Assembly (NCBI GenBank): GCA_050942765.1
Contig: JBMNNY010000002.1
Location: 1-37,728, forward strand
Origin: Bacillota bacterium
Lineage (GTDB): Bacteria > Bacillota > UBA4882
Reading direction: 5' to 3'
DNA: 37,728 bases
Shown piece by piece: positions 1-9,501 of this stretch. Each line of letters starts with the position of its first letter. Positions within the stretch are counted from its first letter, which is position 1. A model generated the notes under the pieces. It was given only the letters and a program-made list of their open reading frames with translations. It did not search any database and was not told where the DNA came from. The translations under genes and the position numbers were made by a program.

Positions 1-131
1 ATGACAAAAAATAAGTCCCTTGTGATGACAGATTTGCTTTTGAACTTCTTGCGCTCAAAAATCGAAGCTGCAAAAAAAATAATAAAGCCGATCAATAAAT
101 ACCAAAAGTCTGCCGTAAAATAAAGCTTCAT
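1..131 (-). CDS. N-terminus of a putative membrane protein, truncated by the window edge (MKLYFTADFWYLLIGFIIFFAASIFERKK...)
   Basis: Manual translation: ATG at 131 preceded by AAGGAG RBS, open to position 1, hydrophobic segment followed by basic residues. Confidence 0.7.
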   Translation of the reverse strand, partial: MKLYFTADFWYLLIGFIIFFAASIFERKKFKSKSVITRDLFFV

Positions 132-257
132 AGTCACACTCCTTTACCCTGGTTTGGGATCCGTTAGACTTCCTTTGTAATGATATCCCATCTCCTTTCG
201 CTGTCACTCCTTATCGCTGTAATTACTCGTTTTTTCGACTAGAACTCCTTCTTGCAT

Positions 258-284
258 TTTCTACTATTTTAGCCTACTTCCTCC
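258..284 (-). promoter_or_regulatory. sigma-H-like promoter (GGAGGA-N17-GAAA)
   Basis: Matches the RNAGGA-N17/18-GAAW consensus upstream of the gene starting at 131. Confidence 0.45.
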
Positions 285-302
285 TTTAACTCTTTGATAT
301 GC

Positions 303-340
303 AAAAAACGCCCCAAACAGAATCGTCCGGGGCGTTTGTT
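303..340 (-). terminator. Intrinsic terminator after speB
   Basis: AAACGCCCC...GGGGCGTTT stem followed by a U-tract on the minus strand. Confidence 0.75.
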
Positions 341-416
341 TCAAGTTTTATTCCTGTTCTCTGGTGAAATATGGCTTCATTTCACCAATGCCAGCGTCAT
401 GTTGCCTGAGCCAGCA

Positions 417-1283
417 CTATTTCACCAGGGCCAGCAGCGCTTCTCTCAGGATTTTGGCTCCCACCAGTGAGGTTGCTTCGGAATGATCATATACCGGCGC
501 AATCTCGACTAAGTCAAATCCCACAACGTTCAATCCGCGCAACTTCCGAACCACTTTCAACAGTTCACTGGAAGAAATGCCGCCTGGTTCTGGTGTGCCG
601 GTTCCAGGAGCAAACGCCGGATCAAGAACATCGATGTCGATGGTGACATAGACCGGTTTATTGCCAAGAGAAGGCAGTAACCGCTCAAATGGCTCAATTA
701 CATCTGCGTGCAAATGCGTATGCTCACGGGCATAGTCGAATTCCGGCTTGTCCCCCGAGCGAATGCCAAACTGATGCACATCGGCAACAAATCCGCGTTC
801 AATAGCCAGGCGAATTACATTGGCATGCGAAAGTGTTTCGCCAAAGAACTCGGTGCGCAGGTCGGTGTGCGCGTCGAAATGCAGCAATACTATATCATTG
901 TAGCGTTCGGCAATGGCTTCAATCGCTGGCAGACTGACCAAATGCTCTCCGCCAAGCAGGAAAGGCATTTTGTTATCGCCTAAAATGCGGTTGCATGCCT
1001 TGCGGATCAGTTCCAGGCTGCCGCTGACGTTGCCGATCGGCAAAATTAAATCGCCTAAGTCAGTAAAAGAAATTTCATGCAGATCCCGATCCAAAGCGGG
1101 ACTATACCACTCAAGCCCATACGAGGCTTCGCGAATGGACTGTGGTCCGCCGCGCGAACCGGGGCGGAATGATGCCGTATAATCCATAGGTGCCCCAATG
1201 ATAACAGCCGATGCCGCCGCATAATCATCCGTAGAATCCATAAAGCGACTCTTGCGATCGACTATCTCTTTCCAGTCAAACAT
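417..1283 (-). CDS. speB: Agmatinase (ureohydrolase family)
   Basis: GGEH, HFDAHTD and DIDVLDPAFAPGTGTPEPGG motifs; follows speE; ATG at 1283 preferred (GGGAG upstream). Confidence 0.93.
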   Translation of the reverse strand: MFDWKEIVDRKSRFMDSTDDYAAASAVIIGAPMDYTASFRPGSRGGPQSIREASYGLEWYSPALDRDLHEISFTDLGDLILPIGNVSGSLELIRKACNRILGDNKMPFLLGGEHLVSLPAIEAIAERYNDIVLLHFDAHTDLRTEFFGETLSHANVIRLAIERGFVADVHQFGIRSGDKPEFDYAREHTHLHADVIEPFERLLPSLGNKPVYVTIDIDVLDPAFAPGTGTPEPGGISSSELLKVVRKLRGLNVVGFDLVEIAPVYDHSEATSLVGAKILREALLALVK

Positions 1284-1327
1284 CGATGTCTTTTTGCTCC
1301 CTTCGCCTATACGATTTCTTAACACAC

Positions 1328-1360
1328 ACAGCCGGCTGATTCAGTCAATCAGCCGGCTGT
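1328..1360. repeat. Perfect 14-bp inverted repeat between speE and speB (stabilising hairpin or weak terminator)
   Basis: ACAGCCGGCTGATT-cagtc-AATCAGCCGGCTGT. Confidence 0.7.
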
Positions 1361-1377
1361 CAGGCTTGTCTCCAAAA

Positions 1378-2205
1378 CTATTTTGTCAATTCTGCTACAA
1401 ATTCCGGTAAGGCAAAACAGCCGTGATGCACTTCTGGCCCATAGTAGCGCATCGGCAACCGTTTCATTTTTTTAGGATCAACCTTTAAGGGATCATGCTT
1501 TTTGGACCCAAGTGTAAAGCTCCATAGCCCGCTCGGATAAGTCGGTATATTCGCCAAATAGAGGCGCGCAATTGGGAAAGTGGCGCTGATATCGGCAAAG
1601 ACCGAGCGAATCAGATCCCGGTTTACAAAAGGAGACTCGGTTTGGGCAACCATAATACCATCTTCGGTGAGCGCTTCATAAATGGACTGGTAGAACGGCT
1701 TCGCGAACAAACCTTGCGCCGGGCCGACCGGTTCTGTCGAATCGATCAGGATCACATCGTAGCTGTTCTTATGCTCAGCCACATGTTTGATACCGTCGTC
1801 AATAATCACCTGGCAGCGCGGATCCTGCAGGCCAACACTAATTTCAGGCAGCCATTTGCGGGAGGCTTCTACAACGCGTTCATCAATTTCAACCAAGGTG
1901 GCCTGTTCTACAGTATCATGCTTCAGAATCTCACGGATTGCTCCGCCATCTCCGCCACCAACCACCAAAACCTTTTTCGGGCATGGATGGGTGTGCAGCG
2001 CAACGTGAGTGATCATTTCATGGTAGACAAACTCATCCCCAATGGTAGTCTGTACCATGCCATCGAGTACCAGCATACGTCCATACTGAAAAGTATCCAG
2101 TACAGCCAGATGCTGGAAAGGAGTCTGTTCGACATGCAATGTTTCTTTAATCAGCAAATCCAGTCCAAGATGGGCGGTCTGCTTTTCTGTAAACCAAAGT
2201 TCCAA
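1378..2205 (-). CDS. speE: Polyamine aminopropyltransferase (spermidine synthase)
   Basis: [10 protein letters not shown] start, [32 protein letters not shown] and IPTYPSGLW motifs. Confidence 0.96.
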   Translation of the reverse strand: MELWFTEKQTAHLGLDLLIKETLHVEQTPFQHLAVLDTFQYGRMLVLDGMVQTTIGDEFVYHEMITHVALHTHPCPKKVLVVGGGDGGAIREILKHDTVEQATLVEIDERVVEASRKWLPEISVGLQDPRCQVIIDDGIKHVAEHKNSYDVILIDSTEPVGPAQGLFAKPFYQSIYEALTEDGIMVAQTESPFVNRDLIRSVFADISATFPIARLYLANIPTYPSGLWSFTLGSKKHDPLKVDPKKMKRLPMRYYGPEVHHGCFALPEFVAELTK

Positions 2206-2228
2206 CTTCAGGCAGGTCCCCCTTCAGC

Positions 2229-2696
2229 TTAATACCAGAGAGCAACAGCGGCGAATGCGCAAGCGCACTTTTGAACTGTACAATCGGTGGCTTTCACCAT
2301 TACATCGACTAGCGGAATGCCACGCACTTCAAAGGCTTCTTCCACCATCGCCCGGATTTGTCTCTCAGCCTCGGCTTTGTCGCATTTTCCCGAAAATTCC
2401 ATGATCACGCCAAAGTCATTCTTGGAGAAACCGATGCCTACTGCCGCAGAAATGACTTCCCCAGGAACATCGCTGGCTATCGAACCATAGGCGGTCGGAG
2501 TCAGGGACCCTGGGGGAATTGAGAGCTTCTCCACAAATTCCGTTGCCGGAGGCAAAATGCTGCTGACTTTCAGCAGGTTCAGATTCCCGATGCCAGAAGC
2601 CAGTAGCGCATTATCAAATGCGTTTAATCTGGTGCGGCCTTCGGCGGTACCAGCCACCAGAGTGTATTTCTTCGGGGTTTGTAACAACAATATCAC
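2229..2696 (-). CDS. pdaD: Pyruvoyl-dependent arginine decarboxylase
   Basis: LNAFDNALLASGIGNLNLLKVSSILPP with the S-S self-cleavage site; polyamine operon context. Confidence 0.9.
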   Translation of the reverse strand: MILLLQTPKKYTLVAGTAEGRTRLNAFDNALLASGIGNLNLLKVSSILPPATEFVEKLSIPPGSLTPTAYGSIASDVPGEVISAAVGIGFSKNDFGVIMEFSGKCDKAEAERQIRAMVEEAFEVRGIPLVDVMVKATDCTVQKCACAFAAVALWY

Positions 2697-2731
2697 GCTC
2701 CTCTTATGTTTCTTTTGTCAGATCGAGATAG

Positions 2732-2753
2732 ATTATACCAAAGCTATGTCGAA
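2732..2753 (-). promoter_or_regulatory. Extended -10 (TGgTATAAT) with an adjacent perfect Spo0A box upstream of pdaD
   Basis: Minus strand reads TTCGACA-tagctt-TGGTATAAT; TGTCGAA at 2747-2753 on the plus strand. Confidence 0.5.
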
Positions 2754-2781
2754 AAATAAATAATAAAAATCGCCTTAAACT

Positions 2782-2822
2782 AAAGAAAGACGGGGTGCCG
2801 GTCCAAATGCGGCACCCCGTTT
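2782..2822 (-). terminator. Intrinsic terminator after the large repeat protein
   Basis: ACGGGGTGCCG...CGGCACCCCGT 11-bp stem followed by CTTTCTTT on the minus strand. Confidence 0.8.
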
Positions 2823-2872
2823 ATTGCTACAGTCTGTACGGGTTGTTTTTGTCAATTCGAAATGTAACTGGT

Positions 2873-5800
2873 TTAGCCGATCGCATTCAGATTTTGCCTT
2901 GGATCCGGCAGCCAAAGTCCCGGCCACGCATAATTGGCTGCATACTGCCTGCTTGTATCAAGCGTGGCACTGCCTGATTTGGTACTTAGTACAAAAGACT
3001 GCTCAGGTGTGACACTGGACTTGCCAGACTGATCAATGGCCATAATCTTGAATTTGTAAGTGCTGTTCGGAATCAGGTTCGTAAGCACTACCGAGTGCTC
3101 CGTTTTATAATCAGCGCTGCGATCTTGGCTTCCCGAATTGAATCTTTCCTCTTTTTTAGTCCCGGAGTTGCTGGCAACATAGTAAGTTATTACCGCAATC
3201 GTTGGCTTGTCGGTCTTCCACCGAATCCGGACCGATTTATCGTCAATTTTCTCAACGCTGATGCCGCTAATCTTTGGTGCTTCAGAACTGTTGGACGGCG
3301 GCGTGGACGTACTGCTGACGATAATATCATCACTGACTGTTGCTGAAATGTTACCGGCGGCATCGCGGAATCTGGCATAGACTGTTCTTGTTCCGGTGCC
3401 GGGAGCCAATGTCCAATTTACTGATTTTACCACGTTGTTCCAGGCACTCCATACTCTGGCGTCATTAGACAACTGGTATTCAATCCTGCCGCCCCGATCA
3501 TCACTTGCTTCGATGTCAATGCGAACCTGTGAGCTGTTAGTACTGGCGGCACCACCATTGATGCGGATGCTCCCCCGTGGCGGTGTGGTATCTGCCGCCG
3601 AGCTGGTCGCAAAGTTGCCATCATGCGTGGCTCTATTGCCTGCCTGATCGGTCGACTGAATCTGGAAGCGATAGCTGGTTCCTTCACTCAGTCCGCTCAG
3701 AGTCACAGTATGCTCGGTGGTATAGCTGCTGCTGCGGCCGGAATCGCTACGCTTGTCAAGGCTGCCACGACTGCCGGATCCATAGAGCACCGTACCGCTA
3801 GTCGGCTCATCTGTACGCCAGCTGATGCGAACCTTGCGGCTTGAAACCGCTGCCACCGCTACACTAGAAATGCGTGGTGCTTTGGTATCGAGGATAATTT
3901 GCGCTGTTACCGCCGTTGAAACATTGCCAGCCGCATCCCGGAAACGAGCGTAGACTGTTTTGGTTCCATCCCCGCCGGTAAGCGTCCACGTTACCGAAGT
4001 AGCCACTTGTGCCCAACTACTCCAGGCTCTGCCGTCATTAGAAAGCTGATATTCCAGACGACCGGACTGATTATCACGGACGTCTATTTTCACGGATACC
4101 TGCGTGCGATTGGTGTACTGCGCCCCATTGTTCAAAGAGATGCTTCCGGACGGCGGCGTCGTATCTTTGCTGGGCATATTGAACTGGCCTTGATACACTC
4201 GTTTATTGCCGGCCCGATCTTCGGCATTGATGGTATACCGGTAACTGGAACCGCTAAGGCCTGAAATGTTCACGCTATGGTCGGTATTGTAATAGCTGCT
4301 TTGGGCTCTGTAAGAACCGACTTCCACTAATCCGACTGTAGGCTCGTCAGTCCGCCAGCGTACCCGGATAGTGTTGCCAGTGACTAGATCAACACTGACA
4401 TTACTGATTTGAGGTGCCTTGGTGTCCAGAGTCACTACATACCTTTCTGTTTTGGAAACATTGCCGGCGTCATCTCTGAATCTGTAATAGATCGTCTTTT
4501 GACCGTCGCCGTAATCAAGGTTCCAATTGATTGTCGAAGTGGCCGAATACCATGTGCTCCAGCTATAGCCATTATTCGAAAGCTGGAAGTCGATATCGGC
4601 AGTCCGGCTCTGATCATCCGACGCTTTAACCTGGACTTTAATCTGCCGGTTGTTGACGTACTCCCGGCCCTCGTTGATGATCAGCTGCCCTTGCGGCGGT
4701 GTGGTATCCCGTTCCTGCCAGGCGAAGACATTATCATATCTGGTAACATTACCGGCCTCATCAACGGCCTGAATGACGTAATAGTAATTAGTATTGGAAA
4801 GGATCGCTGATATTTCTACCGCATGAGTGTCAGACGGTACCTTTTGCTCGATACGGCGCGTCATGGATGGTGACATCCAGTAATATTCAAAATAACCATA
4901 GGTGACCTGATCCGTGCGCCACGATACCCTGATAGTGTTAATTCCGAGGGTTTCCACTTTCACATCGTAAATAGTCGGAGCTTTAGTATCAAGTACGATT
5001 GTAGCACTATAGGCGGGCGAAATATTGCCAGCGCTGTCCTGGAAACGCACATATACGGTCTTGACACCATCACCCGCGCTTAGGTACCACAATTTGAATG
5101 GGGTCAATACTTCCCATGGCGACCATGACCAGCCGTCGTTTGAGAACTGAACACTAATCGCACCTGACGAATTGTCAGTCGCGCTCAAAAACAGCGTGAC
5201 CTGATAATTATTAGTGATACGAGCACCGCTATTAATATTCAGTGATCCAGTAGGCGGCACGGTGTCTCTCGCAGTGCCTCCCGGAACAGTGATCATCTGC
5301 TGCACTGGCTGGGACTGGTTCCCCGCCATATCACGGGCAGTAATTTGAATAGTGTATGTATAACCTGCCCAGAGTTGATCGAGTACGACTTCGTGCTCCA
5401 GAGTATAGTAAACACTCTGTGCCGTTTGAATCTGTTGCTGTTGCTGATTCAAAATTATCAGCGTGCTGTCGCCCTGATATTGCGTAATACAAAAAGCGGG
5501 TTCACTGGTCCGCCAGGTGATTTTGACCTGATTCGGGCCGATCAGATTCATATTCACATCGTAAATCTGTGGAGCCAGTGTGTCTAAGGTAATGCTGGCG
5601 CTGTATACCGGGGATACATTTCCTGAGCCGTCCCGGAAAGTTACATACACGGTTTTCAGGCCGTCGCCCTCCGGAAGTGTCACCGCCAGTGCTGTCTTGT
5701 AAGCCTGCCAGGGGTTCCAGTACTGACCGTCAAAGCTAATGGCCATGAGCGGTACCTGCCCGGAATTGTCCTGAGCCCACAAATTTAATGTGACATTCCT

Positions 5801-5968
5801 TGTATTAGTGAATCCTGCGCCGCCATTAATCATGATGCTACCGGTCGGGGCAGCCGAATCTCTGGCGGCCAAAGCCAAGCTGCCTGTGAAAATCGCTATC
5901 AGCAATGCGCTTAATAAGGCGAGTCCTGACTTAAGGCAGCGTTTCCTGAAACCATCCGATAAAAACAT
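2873..5968 (-). CDS. Large secreted beta-sandwich repeat protein, 5 x (Ig-like module + fibronectin-III-like module)
   Basis: Signal peptide (..GSLALA); five GSxxINxGAxxTNxxxV..FRDxAGNxS modules alternate with five APxI..WRTD..H..L..A.D.AGN modules; AAAGGGGG RBS before ATG 5968. Confidence 0.85.
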   Translation of the reverse strand: MFLSDGFRKRCLKSGLALLSALLIAIFTGSLALAARDSAAPTGSIMINGGAGFTNTRNVTLNLWAQDNSGQVPLMAISFDGQYWNPWQAYKTALAVTLPEGDGLKTVYVTFRDGSGNVSPVYSASITLDTLAPQIYDVNMNLIGPNQVKITWRTSEPAFCITQYQGDSTLIILNQQQQQIQTAQSVYYTLEHEVVLDQLWAGYTYTIQITARDMAGNQSQPVQQMITVPGGTARDTVPPTGSLNINSGARITNNYQVTLFLSATDNSSGAISVQFSNDGWSWSPWEVLTPFKLWYLSAGDGVKTVYVRFQDSAGNISPAYSATIVLDTKAPTIYDVKVETLGINTIRVSWRTDQVTYGYFEYYWMSPSMTRRIEQKVPSDTHAVEISAILSNTNYYYVIQAVDEAGNVTRYDNVFAWQERDTTPPQGQLIINEGREYVNNRQIKVQVKASDDQSRTADIDFQLSNNGYSWSTWYSATSTINWNLDYGDGQKTIYYRFRDDAGNVSKTERYVVTLDTKAPQISNVSVDLVTGNTIRVRWRTDEPTVGLVEVGSYRAQSSYYNTDHSVNISGLSGSSYRYTINAEDRAGNKRVYQGQFNMPSKDTTPPSGSISLNNGAQYTNRTQVSVKIDVRDNQSGRLEYQLSNDGRAWSSWAQVATSVTWTLTGGDGTKTVYARFRDAAGNVSTAVTAQIILDTKAPRISSVAVAAVSSRKVRISWRTDEPTSGTVLYGSGSRGSLDKRSDSGRSSSYTTEHTVTLSGLSEGTSYRFQIQSTDQAGNRATHDGNFATSSAADTTPPRGSIRINGGAASTNSSQVRIDIEASDDRGGRIEYQLSNDARVWSAWNNVVKSVNWTLAPGTGTRTVYARFRDAAGNISATVSDDIIVSSTSTPPSNSSEAPKISGISVEKIDDKSVRIRWKTDKPTIAVITYYVASNSGTKKEERFNSGSQDRSADYKTEHSVVLTNLIPNSTYKFKIMAIDQSGKSSVTPEQSFVLSTKSGSATLDTSRQYAANYAWPGLWLPDPRQNLNAIG

Positions 5969-6149
5969 GTAAAAGCCCCCTTTCATATGCGAAACCGATG
6001 AAAACTTCTGCTTACGGTATCAGTATATCGCAGGAAAGTTTCTGTGTGATTAGCACGTTTTACAAAATTGTTGCAGACTATTAAATAACATATGAAATAG
6101 CAATGCACGACGGCGCGGTGCATTCGTGGAGCGCAGCTCGTCGCGCGCA

Positions 6150-6231
6150 GCGCGCCACACGCCGCGCCGCACGCCACACGCCACCCGCCGCGCCGCACGC
6201 CACACGCCACCCGCCGCGCGCCGCACGCCGC
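6150..6231. repeat. GC-rich imperfect microsatellite (CGCCACA/CGCCGCG/CGCCACC heptamer-like units)
   Basis: cgccacacgccacccgccgcg occurs twice in tandem context; begins at the stop codon of the Fe-ADH-like gene. Confidence 0.8.
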
Positions 6232-7508
6232 TACCAACCTTCCTCCAAAATACTGACAAGCATTCGGTTATTTACCGGACGAGGGTTGCCCTCCATTAAT
6301 CCGATGTTCTCTGTACACTCGACTGCTTCAGCCAGGAGCGCTTTGTCAAAGCCAAATGCCCGGAGTTGTGCAGGAATGCCCGCGCGTCTGTTAACATTCA
6401 TAATATGCCTGATAGCCTGGGCTGCTTGATCAACAGTGTCCCCCCGGCTACCCATGCCCCATATTCCCGCCAGTACAGCGTACTTCTCATGCGACTGTGG
6501 CATGTTATAGCGCATCACCAGTGGCAAAAAGGCCGCTGCCAGCGCTGCATATCTTTTTTGTCCCTGGCCCAGACGTTCCAGCCCGCAATCAGTTCCGGTA
6601 ATCCAGCGCGCCAAAGCCTGTGCCGCACCATGTCCGGCGCTCTGCCGGGCAAGCGCGGCTAGCATCGCACCATTCGTTACTTTGCTCAGCAGTTCGCGAT
6701 CGCTGTTACAGCCAACTTCCAGACGATTCTGTAAGAGGCCTAGGTTCTTTGCGGCGCTAATGGCCAGCGCATCCGTAACTTCGTTGGACTTTGCCGATAC
6801 CAAAGCCTCCACTGCCTGGCACAGTCCGGCGGCCACCTTTTCTCGGATAAGGTTATCTGGCGTCATAGAGATCAGCTGAATATCATACACGGTCCAATCC
6901 GGAGCCAAACCGGCACCGTGATAGATTTGCTGATGACCCGATGTCTCTGTTTCGGTGCGGATGACTTCACTGACCAGTTCTGCTCCAGTGCCTGGATTAG
7001 TTGGTATACAGATGACTTTGACTAATCCGCTTTTCTCGATGTTGCTGAAATTGGTAATCCCAGGAGCATTCAGCATCGCAGCCACGCTCTTTGCCAAATT
7101 CATCGCGCAATCGCCGCCGATCGCTATCAAGTACCGTACTGCGCGATTACTTAGTTCAGAAGTTAGCTGCTCTGCCTCTGCGATCGTCAAATCACGATCT
7201 GCCTGGAATATCAAACTTTGGGGTACCGGCTTTAGGGATGGGGATCCTTTACTGTTGTCCGGGGTGTTACTTAGGTTACTTTCTGTGTGGATACTGCTTG
7301 GGGTGCTGTCAAAGGTAATATTGGAACTACTGCTCGGGTCTGACAACGCGCATTGCAAAAAATCAAGCTGATTGCTGCCAGTATCATCATCGGTAATGAT
7401 CGCTACCGAACCGCTGTTGGCGAGCTCCTTGACTTTTTTGGTCAAAGCTGGGATGCTTCCTTCGCCAAAAATGACCTGCGTGTTCAGCGCATATAAGGCA
7501 TATGTCAA
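6231..7508 (-). CDS. Iron-containing alcohol dehydrogenase-fold protein, catalytically degenerate
   Basis: VIFGEGS, IAIGGDC (normally GGGS), IPTNPGTGAE, AVEALVS and GNPRP motifs; metal ligands replaced; TTG 7508 follows GGGAG. Confidence 0.75.
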   Translation of the reverse strand: MTYALYALNTQVIFGEGSIPALTKKVKELANSGSVAIITDDDTGSNQLDFLQCALSDPSSSSNITFDSTPSSIHTESNLSNTPDNSKGSPSLKPVPQSLIFQADRDLTIAEAEQLTSELSNRAVRYLIAIGGDCAMNLAKSVAAMLNAPGITNFSNIEKSGLVKVICIPTNPGTGAELVSEVIRTETETSGHQQIYHGAGLAPDWTVYDIQLISMTPDNLIREKVAAGLCQAVEALVSAKSNEVTDALAISAAKNLGLLQNRLEVGCNSDRELLSKVTNGAMLAALARQSAGHGAAQALARWITGTDCGLERLGQGQKRYAALAAAFLPLVMRYNMPQSHEKYAVLAGIWGMGSRGDTVDQAAQAIRHIMNVNRRAGIPAQLRAFGFDKALLAEAVECTENIGLMEGNPRPVNNRMLVSILEEGW

Positions 7509-7565
7509 AAAAACCACTCCCGCTCGGGATAGAATTACCTTTTACCGTTGTTTTCATGTTCTTCG

Positions 7566-7988
7566 TTATTTCCCCTTTTTCCTGCTGAAATACCTGTCGA
7601 GATACATGATTCGCGTCAATATCCAATAATCTAGTTTGCTGCTGAAGTGGTCTTTTTGCATCTCACAGAATTCTTTGCCGCTTCTTTTGTCTCTGTAATC
7701 CAATATTTGGCTTGGCTGCAATCTCTGAAGCGCTTTCCCCGTATAGGCCAGCGCCCTAATCCATGCGACTAGCCCGCGTCTGCGCCATCTTCGCGGATGC
7801 ACAATTACTTTGTCGACCACCTTAGCGGCCGCACCGGTTTCCATTATGAGGTCAGCGTTGTCTTCGTCTGTGACCCATGCCAGACGACAATCAGGGATCA
7901 TATCTTTAAGTTTTCGTGCTACCGGGAAGCACTGTTCGAGTGCTGCCGCCGGACCGGCATGAAAGATTACCAGCCAATTTTCGTTCAT
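7566..7988 (-). CDS. Protein resembling the N-terminal domain of GT9 (LPS heptosyltransferase) glycosyltransferases
   Basis: PVARKLKDMIPDCRLAWVT...VVDKVI resembles GT9 P...LK...P...I.W.......VD.VI; only 140 aa; 4-nt overlap with the upstream gene. Confidence 0.5.
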   Translation of the reverse strand: MNENWLVIFHAGPAAALEQCFPVARKLKDMIPDCRLAWVTDEDNADLIMETGAAAKVVDKVIVHPRRWRRRGLVAWIRALAYTGKALQRLQPSQILDYRDKRSGKEFCEMQKDHFSSKLDYWILTRIMYLDRYFSRKKGK

Positions 7989-8680
7989 GTCTTAAGCACC
8001 GCAGCTGCCCCGCTTTCTGCAGCCACCAACGATTTCTCCAATGCATCCCGATTCCGGCGAAAGATTTCGACATCAGGCCCAGATTCAATCCATACCGGAG
8101 GGCCAAAGTACAGCACTACCCTGGCAAAGGGAAGCGGGTAAAGCAAACCGGTTCCGTTACGGGAATAGATACCGGGACGGGCTGCAGCCGCGAATGGTAC
8201 TATCGGCTGCCCGCTTCTTTCAGCGAGAAAAAGAGGGGCAGGCTGCACCTGTCGATATGGGCCAAAGGGACTATCGGCTGTCAGGGCAACATTGCGGCCT
8301 GAATTTAGCAGTTCTTTGAGCTGCATTAGCGAGTCTTGTGAGTAAAGCCTTGGCAGAGTATCCCATCCAAACTTTGATAGCAATACATTTTCAAGGATAT
8401 TGCCCATTCCGGATTGGGCATATATATCTCGGCCAGCCAGAAGCCATAGTCCAATAGGCCAATGGCAGCGCCAGCTGACCAGAATCGACCGGAACCCGCG
8501 TATGGCCAGGCGATCTATGACCATTTCACCTACTCTTTCCACACGGGCAGTACAATTGACAAACTCTATATAAGCCTTGCATAACATTTTGCGGCATTCA
8601 GAGAAGTTTTGGCGCTTCAACTTAAACAAGGACAATATGTTCACTCCAATACCCGGCTTGAACTGGTCTTGGGCTTGCAT
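7985..8680 (-). CDS. DUF374 / lysophospholipid acyltransferase-like protein
   Basis: VALTADSPFGPYRQVQPAPLFLAERSGQPIVP and PLPFARVVLYFGPP match the DUF374 pattern (DGPxGP..A..SG.PI.P..P.PF..GxP). Confidence 0.7.
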   Translation of the reverse strand: MQAQDQFKPGIGVNILSLFKLKRQNFSECRKMLCKAYIEFVNCTARVERVGEMVIDRLAIRGFRSILVSWRCHWPIGLWLLAGRDIYAQSGMGNILENVLLSKFGWDTLPRLYSQDSLMQLKELLNSGRNVALTADSPFGPYRQVQPAPLFLAERSGQPIVPFAAAARPGIYSRNGTGLLYPLPFARVVLYFGPPVWIESGPDVEIFRRNRDALEKSLVAAESGAAAVLKT

Positions 8681-8739
8681 TGTGATTCACTGTCTATTTT
8701 CTTTCCGTTTCTTATTTTTAAACCTGTTGTGAATGCAGC

Positions 8740-8896
8740 GTGCTCGCGGACGCTACGCGCCCCGCACACTAGCGTGCACCATGCCCATGCTGACTTGGTC
8801 TGCTGCGGCGCGCGCCCGAACCCGCTGTACCGCACCTGCTGTGCAGCACCTGCTGCGCCTCGCCCGCCGCGCCCGCCGCGTCTGTTCACCCGCCGC
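8740..8896. repeat. GC-rich low-complexity tract (gcacctgctg x2, cgcccgccg x2)
   Basis: Directly visible short tandem duplications upstream of the DUF374-like gene. Confidence 0.6.
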
Positions 8897-8907
8897 TTGC
8901 ACAAACA

Positions 8908-8969
8908 AGAGGGACGCTTTTTATGCTGCCCATGCTTTGAACCAAGTCAGCACAAAAATGCGTCCCTCT
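8908..8969. repeat. Long imperfect inverted repeat; terminator or divergent REP-like element
   Basis: AGAGGGACGCTTTTTATGCTG ... CAGCACAAAAATGCGTCCCTCT. Confidence 0.65.
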
Positions 8970-9039
8970 GAGTTCCTGCGTTGTTACCTATTTTTGCTAA
9001 CCTATTAATTTTATACCTGAGATCCAATGTCAAAATTTC

Positions 9040-9471
9040 TTAGAACAGTGGTTGCTCAATAATGATCTTGACCGGAAACTCATTAACCAGAGTCAATGTG
9101 GTATTCTTCTCATCCATCAGGGACATGGTGTAAGCTTCGCTGCCTTCATTAGTAACAATTGATGTTTTCAAAGCACTGGGATAACGCATCTCATAATAGG
9201 CGTTAACCATTGAAAAAGCATCTTCGGTGGTATACACGACTTTGAGGACGCCATCCACTTCCTCACCGACAGTCTGTATGGCACCCGAGTAGATAATTAT
9301 GCCAAGATCTTCTTGCGTTTTGACAAGCATGTTCTCGTCGACGACTGTTGCAGTCTGATCCTCCTGCGCGTCAGTTGGCTCTTCCTTCTTGCCACAGCCG
9401 TTCAGGGCAACTACACACACTACAAGCAGAACTGCCACCAGGAAAAGGTTTCTCCAAATTTTTGTCTTCAT
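9040..9471 (-). CDS. Hypothetical lipoprotein
   Basis: Basic N-terminus, hydrophobic core, lipobox ALNG-C, acidic linker; GAGGGG RBS. Confidence 0.8.
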   Translation of the reverse strand: MKTKIWRNLFLVAVLLVVCVVALNGCGKKEEPTDAQEDQTATVVDENMLVKTQEDLGIIIYSGAIQTVGEEVDGVLKVVYTTEDAFSMVNAYYEMRYPSALKTSIVTNEGSEAYTMSLMDEKNTTLTLVNEFPVKIIIEQPLF

Positions 9472-9501
9472 CCATCCATCCCCCTCAAATTTCTGAATGC
9501 T

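Noticed and set aside
5983-6429. Arg/Ala-rich ORFs (84, 69 and 108 aa)
   Set aside because: Translations of the GC microsatellite; no RBS or protein-like composition
8609-9008. Overlapping ORFs of 87-120 aa
   Set aside because: Arise from a low-complexity GC tract and an inverted repeat
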